Source of the DNA: Burkholderiaceae bacterium
GTDB taxonomy: Bacteria; Pseudomonadota; Gammaproteobacteria; Burkholderiales; Burkholderiaceae_F
Length of the DNA: 64,000 nt
NCBI GenBank assembly: GCA_017646335.1
Contig: JAGCMT010000062.1
Span: forward strand, 29,653 to 93,652
Direction of reading: 5' to 3'
Shown: positions 59,458-64,000 of the stretch, in pieces
Layout of the letters: each line of letters starts with the position of its first letter
Numbering within the stretch: the stretch's first letter is position 1
Notes under the pieces: generated by a model
Databases searched by the model: none
Told to the model about the DNA's origin: nothing
The model's input: the letters and a program-made list of their open reading frames with translations, nothing else
Made by a program: the position numbers and the translations under genes

Positions 59458-60381
59458 TTAACGATCTTCGGCGACCCGAATGGCAGTCACCATTCGTTCG
59501 GCATCTTCATCGGAAAGCCAAGGAATCCAACAATGGACGGCTTCGGTTTCGTTACCGAGGACGGCCAATGCGTGACCGAGTTCTGACAGGGATTCGGCTC
59601 CTTTGATGCCTAAAGCGTACTCAGACATTTCAGCATTTGGCAATTTCAACGCGATACGATTGCCGAAATAGTCACGGATTTCTTTAGGTAAAACGCGCTC
59701 ATCGGGCCACTGGGTTGCCAAAATCAAGTGATAGCCGGTACTCCAACCCTTATTGGAAATCGCTTTGAGCGCCTCTTGGAGTTTGGCTCGGAAGTCATCG
59801 TCAATGAGCCACACGGCAATTTCGTCGATAACGACAAAAGTGCGCATGATGCGCTTTTTTAAACCCAACGCATTGTTGCATTCTTCAAGGTTTTTGACCC
59901 CTAAAGTTTCGAACAATTTTTCATGTGCTTGAATCGATTTGACGATGCTTTCTAGGTAACCTTTGGCAGCTTCGATGTTGGTTTCAACGCGAAGGCGATG
60001 CAAGCCTTTTAAGCTCTCAAAAGCCCAGCCCCCGTTAGGATCAAATACCTTGATTGCCGCCAAATCAGGCGGATTGGTCATGGCAATATCAAGCAAGAGA
60101 TTTCGAATAAAAGAGCTTTTTCCGCTACCGGTCATACCGGTGACCAACGTATAGGGAGCATGAGCGCAAAGACCGTGAAAAGCGGACTCAAAGTTGAGAT
60201 AAACCAACTCGTCTTTCTTGTCTTGGCGCCCGAGTACGAAAGAGTAATTTCCTCCGTAGTTATTACGGTTGACAAGGCGCTCACGCCAAACACTCCACAT
60301 ACTGTCTGAACCCTCATGGGTATGCTTTTCAAGGAGGGCTTGGATGGCGGCAGGGTAACGCATACTTTTCTTATCCAACAT
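59458..60381 (-). CDS. Stand-alone FtsK/SpoIIIE-domain P-loop ATPase (divergent, about 307 aa)
   Basis: HAPYTLVTGMTGSGKS, VFDP, FVVIDEIA, GYHLILATQ, GNRIALK, GAESL...GH; AAGGA ribosome-binding site before ATG 60381. Confidence 0.78.
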   Translation of the reverse strand: MLDKKSMRYPAAIQALLEKHTHEGSDSMWSVWRERLVNRNNYGGNYSFVLGRQDKKDELVYLNFESAFHGLCAHAPYTLVTGMTGSGKSSFIRNLLLDIAMTNPPDLAAIKVFDPNGGWAFESLKGLHRLRVETNIEAAKGYLESIVKSIQAHEKLFETLGVKNLEECNNALGLKKRIMRTFVVIDEIAVWLIDDDFRAKLQEALKAISNKGWSTGYHLILATQWPDERVLPKEIRDYFGNRIALKLPNAEMSEYALGIKGAESLSELGHALAVLGNETEAVHCWIPWLSDEDAERMVTAIRVAEDR

Positions 60382-60476
60382 GTCGATCATCCTTGCTTGA
60401 GTTTGTGTTCTATCTAACTCAATGTTAATCGTTTTGTTGTTGAAATAGATAATCCGATGCGTATCCAAATCGGTTA

Positions 60477-61604
60477 TTACGGCGCTTTTTTGAGGGTGAT
60501 TAAGCTGATTTCCGGATCGATTCCCAAACGAATCGGAAAGCCGAACCACAAGCTCGTACCTCGGTTGACATAAAGTTGCATATCACCGATTTGATACAAG
60601 CCTTTAACAAAGCCGTTATTGAGTCCTTGAGCAAGCCAATGAGCTCCAAAGATTTGTCCGCCGTGTGTATGTCCGGAAAGTTGTAAAGCAATCGGTTTTT
60701 GGGCGTGAATCGGAGAATTCTTGACCTGATGCGACAACAAAATCGTAGGGACGCCTGAGGCAATTCCTTGGAGTGCTTTATCCAATTCGGGTTGTTGCCG
60801 TGCATAACGCTTGGCCATCGGATCGGTGATGCCGGCGATGGCTAAAGCACACCCTTCTTTTACGATAATAACGTGCTCATTTTCCAACCAACGAAAACCG
60901 AGCGAGGGGAAAAAGCGTCGCCAATCGTCATGCGCAACGTAATGCTCATGGTTGCCTTCGATGGCGATTACGCCGTCGGGTGCATAAAGTCGACCTAACG
61001 GGCGTAAGTCATCTTGTCGTGCAGCCAATGTTCCATCGACCAAGTCGCCGGTAATCACGATCAAATCGGCATTAAGGGCATTGGTGCGTTCCACGATCTT
61101 TTCATTTCGATCTCGTCCAAGTAACGCTGACGTGTGAATATCGGAAAGTTGGGCGATTCGATATCCGTCAAATGCCTCGGGCAAATTCTTAATTTCAATC
61201 GTCTGTTCGGTGACTGGTGGCTGTTTTAGAGCGGTGTAATTGGCCAAAGTGGCGACACAAATGGCTGCGACCAGAGTACCGATCGACAGTTTTGCTCGAT
61301 ATGGGAAGGCGTTTTTTTTGAGGATGAAACGCGCGGCAAGGACAGCGTCTTTTGCCAAGCAAAAGAGGATAAGAAAAAGTTCAACGGTAAATGACCACGC
61401 AAATGCCACCAATACTCCATGCGAAATCAGTCCGTCATACCCATAATAAAAGGCCCTCGACAGTGCTGCGTATTGGCTTGCAATGAGCAAAATTATGCAA
61501 AACGTGACTTTGATGCTCCAATGCCAACGGGTGCGGTAACACGTGCTCAAAAAAGCATAAAACGCAAAATAAATCGGGATGATATGAATCAGGATTTGTT
61601 GCAT
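60477..61604 (-). CDS. Membrane-anchored metallophosphoesterase (YkuE/YaeI-like)
   Basis: N-terminal transmembrane helices; SDIH, ITGDLVD, GNHE, LSHQ, SGHTHGGQ. Confidence 0.9.
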   Translation of the reverse strand: MQQILIHIIPIYFAFYAFLSTCYRTRWHWSIKVTFCIILLIASQYAALSRAFYYGYDGLISHGVLVAFAWSFTVELFLILFCLAKDAVLAARFILKKNAFPYRAKLSIGTLVAAICVATLANYTALKQPPVTEQTIEIKNLPEAFDGYRIAQLSDIHTSALLGRDRNEKIVERTNALNADLIVITGDLVDGTLAARQDDLRPLGRLYAPDGVIAIEGNHEHYVAHDDWRRFFPSLGFRWLENEHVIIVKEGCALAIAGITDPMAKRYARQQPELDKALQGIASGVPTILLSHQVKNSPIHAQKPIALQLSGHTHGGQIFGAHWLAQGLNNGFVKGLYQIGDMQLYVNRGTSLWFGFPIRLGIDPEISLITLKKAP

Positions 61605-61615
61605 CGGTTTTGTGT

Positions 61616-61650
61616 AACTCGTCAGCGGAGCATAATCCGCTGACGAGTTT
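61616..61650. terminator. Hairpin/terminator after ctpA
   Basis: AACTCGTCAGCGGA-GCATAA-TCCGCTGACGAGTT, 14-bp stem. Confidence 0.7.
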
Positions 61651-61665
61651 AATCAGAGAACGACT

Positions 61666-63069
61666 TTACTTTTTCGTGGGCTTATCGTCAGTCTTGACTT
61701 CCAATAACTTTTCACCCTTTAAATGGCGAATCGCTTGCTTGAGTTGGAAGTCATTTTCATCGCCGAAAAAGTAACGTTCTTTCGGTTGTTGTTTTTCTTT
61801 TTTCTCTTGGTTATTAACCGTTTTCTTCGGTGTTTCTTTTTCGGCTTCGCTCGTCAAGTGACCGGCTAAATCGGCTTCTCGAATGTCAAAGCTCAAATAA
61901 TTTCCCGTTTCCGTATCGGTGATCTCGATATCCGGTGTGATACCGGTGGCTTGAATCGTACGGCCGCTCGGTGTGAAGTAACGCGCCGTGGTCAATTTGA
62001 TACCGGTTTTCGGTTCGCTGCCGTCAAGCGGTCGAATCGGCAAAATGGTTTGTACGCTACCCTTACCGAACGAACGGTGACCCATGATTGTGGCGCGTTT
62101 GTGATCCTGAAGAGCGCCCGCAACGATTTCACTGGCGCTGGCGGAAGCCGCATTGATCAAAACCACGATCGGAACGGTTTTGGAGCGATCCGAAAGGCGA
62201 GCAATCATGTCGGTGCCGGGCTTTTGGTTGTAATTGAGATAGTCGGCCGGAATCGTTTTAAAGACACGATCCGAATCCGCCATTTTTCCCTTCGTACTGA
62301 CCACCGTTTGGTCTTTACCGATAAATGCGGAGACCACACCGACGGCTGCATTGAGCAAACCGCCCGGATCGTTACGAAGGTCTAAAACCAAGCCCTTAAG
62401 GTGGTTAGACTTTTCCAATTCCGTCAAATACTTAGCCAAGTCATTGGCCGTGTGTTCTTGGAATTGCGAAATACGAATATAGCCAAACCCGTCTTTGAGT
62501 TTCTTCATCTTGACGGATTGGACCTTAATGATGTCGCGAATAATGGTGAAATTCAGAGGCTTGTCGACACCTTTGCGAGCAACGACCAACTCAATTTTTG
62601 TTTTAGGTTTGCCGCGCATCAATTTGACGTTTTCAGACAAGCTCATCGCACGCGTGGCTTGATTGTCGATTTTGATGATGATGTCACCGGCCAAAATGCC
62701 GGCACGAGCAGCCGGCGTGTCATCGATCGGAGCAATGACTAACACGCCGCTGGCATCCATGCTGACTTCCAAACCAAGCCCGCCAAACTCACCTTGCGTA
62801 CCCTCTTTCATATCTTCGAATGCTTCTTGGTCAAGGTAGGCCGAGTGCGGATCGAGCCCGTTCAACATGCCCGCCAGTGCATTTTCAAGCAACTTTTCGT
62901 CTTTGGTCGGATCAACATAAAAAGCTTTCACCGCACCGTAGACGTCCGTAAATTGTCGGATTTCTTGCAAGGGTAACGGCTTTTTGGCTTCTTGAGCGAA
63001 AACGCTCGGAGCCGTTAATGTGCACCCTAAAAGGACGCTCGTTAAGATAGAAAGGGAAATCTTTTTCAT
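61666..63069 (-). CDS. ctpA: Carboxy-terminal processing protease (S41, PDZ)
   Basis: LDPHSAYL, FGGLG PDZ, LDLRNDPGGLL, SASASEIVAGALQD, SFGKGSVQ; likely start is ATG 63069. Confidence 0.93.
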   Translation of the reverse strand: MKKISLSILTSVLLGCTLTAPSVFAQEAKKPLPLQEIRQFTDVYGAVKAFYVDPTKDEKLLENALAGMLNGLDPHSAYLDQEAFEDMKEGTQGEFGGLGLEVSMDASGVLVIAPIDDTPAARAGILAGDIIIKIDNQATRAMSLSENVKLMRGKPKTKIELVVARKGVDKPLNFTIIRDIIKVQSVKMKKLKDGFGYIRISQFQEHTANDLAKYLTELEKSNHLKGLVLDLRNDPGGLLNAAVGVVSAFIGKDQTVVSTKGKMADSDRVFKTIPADYLNYNQKPGTDMIARLSDRSKTVPIVVLINAASASASEIVAGALQDHKRATIMGHRSFGKGSVQTILPIRPLDGSEPKTGIKLTTARYFTPSGRTIQATGITPDIEITDTETGNYLSFDIREADLAGHLTSEAEKETPKKTVNNQEKKEKQQPKERYFFGDENDFQLKQAIRHLKGEKLLEVKTDDKPTKK

Positions 63070-63082
63070 ATTTTTTCTGTTA

Positions 63083-64000
63083 TTACTCTTTGCCGATCCA
63101 AGGCTGCGGATTGAAGGGTCGGCCGTTATGTCGCAATTCGAAATACAAACCGGGTACGTCTTCACCGCCTGTGTTGCCAACGCTGGCAATCGTATCGCCT
63201 CGGTTGATGCGGTCTCCGACGCTCTTGTAAAGCGATTCGTTGTTGCCGTAAATCGATAGGAACCCGTCGCCGTGATCGATGATGATTAAGTTGCCAAAGC
63301 CACGAAGCCAATCAGAGAACACGACTTGACCGGCTGCGCAAGCAAGGACGTCACTGCCTTGTTTGGCTTGGATTTGTAAGCCCTTCCACGTGGTGCTCTT
63401 GCCGGAAACGTTGGCACGAGCGTGACCGAATCGGCCGACGATTTTACCCAAAGCCGGCATCATCAGACGACCTTTCAACTTGGCAAATTGCCCCTTGAGA
63501 GGAGGAACATAGCCCACGGAAGCCTTGCCACTCTTTTGTTGTTGTCGAGCTTTCTCCGCTAAACGTTGGGCCTCAGCTTTTTGTTTGGCAAGAAGCTTGT
63601 CGATATTGGCAACCAACTCACCTAAGCGGGCTTGGTCTCGTTCCATTTTGTCGATGGAGGCTCGTTGTTCGGAAATTTGTTTTTGTAATTTCGTCAGCGC
63701 TTGCTTGCGATCGGCTTGGTCTTTAACCAACTGAGCACGGTCTTCTCGTTCCCGAGTTTCAATCGAAGCCAATTCCTTTCGTTTGGAAAGCGTCTCTTCG
63801 GAAACGGATTGAATATTGGCTTGTCGATTTGCCAAACGATTGGCGGCACGCTGTTCGGCTTGCGCAAAATAGCGTAATGCGGCGGCATCGCGAGCAATCT
63901 CATGCGGGTTGGAGCCGGCGATGAGTGTTTGCCAAGATTCGCGCTGAGTATTGAGATACTGTGCTTGGGCAATGACTCGAATTTGCTTTTCAGCATCCGT
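63083..64000 (-). CDS. envC: Murein hydrolase activator EnvC (coiled coil + degenerate M23), 5' end outside window
   Basis: Frame is open from 64000 to 63083; coiled coil, then WKGL, FSDWLRGFGNLIIIDHG, LYFELR; directly upstream of ctpA. Confidence 0.9.
   Translation of the reverse strand, partial: TDAEKQIRVIAQAQYLNTQRESWQTLIAGSNPHEIARDAAALRYFAQAEQRAANRLANRQANIQSVSEETLSKRKELASIETREREDRAQLVKDQADRKQALTKLQKQISEQRASIDKMERDQARLGELVANIDKLLAKQKAEAQRLAEKARQQQKSGKASVGYVPPLKGQFAKLKGRLMMPALGKIVGRFGHARANVSGKSTTWKGLQIQAKQGSDVLACAAGQVVFSDWLRGFGNLIIIDHGDGFLSIYGNNESLYKSVGDRINRGDTIASVGNTGGEDVPGLYFELRHNGRPFNPQPWIGKE

Noticed and set aside
60382-60549. N-terminal extension of the FtsK ORF overlapping the metallophosphoesterase gene
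   Set aside because: It crosses an AT-rich spacer with a hairpin, and a good ribosome-binding site precedes ATG 60381.
63694-63996. 100-aa ORF suggesting an envC frameshift
   Set aside because: The envC frame is continuously open from 64000 to 63083.

Overview
This is a gene-dense, mid-GC chromosomal segment of a betaproteobacterium. Gene order and content (def/fmt-rsmB-DUF4390-ntrY/ntrX-trkAH, dprA-topB, metK-lpxL-lpxL-dapF, cobW-dksA, envC-ctpA) plus anaerobic genes point to a gut-type Sutterellaceae (inference). Most of the window is housekeeping, and I found no rRNA, tRNA, CRISPR array, integrase or transposase. The most notable locus is a co-oriented block at about 30.5-37.0 kb. It encodes a MenK/MqnK-like class C radical SAM enzyme (probable menaquinone methyltransferase), a Tat-exported, cytochrome b-linked [FeFe]-hydrogenase (hydA-hydB-hydC) and the maturases HydF and HydE, but no HydG. 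The block is bracketed by two hairpins with the same 9-bp stem, and the hydA leader is packed with palindromes. Other points of interest are a SAM-II-type riboswitch with an atypical expression platform upstream of metK, an orphan single-domain FtsK/SpoIIIE ATPase with degenerate catalytic motifs, an aapJQM operon lacking its ATPase gene, a degenerate DprA, and several unexplained structured intergenic regions. All family calls come from motif recognition by eye; no database searches were run.
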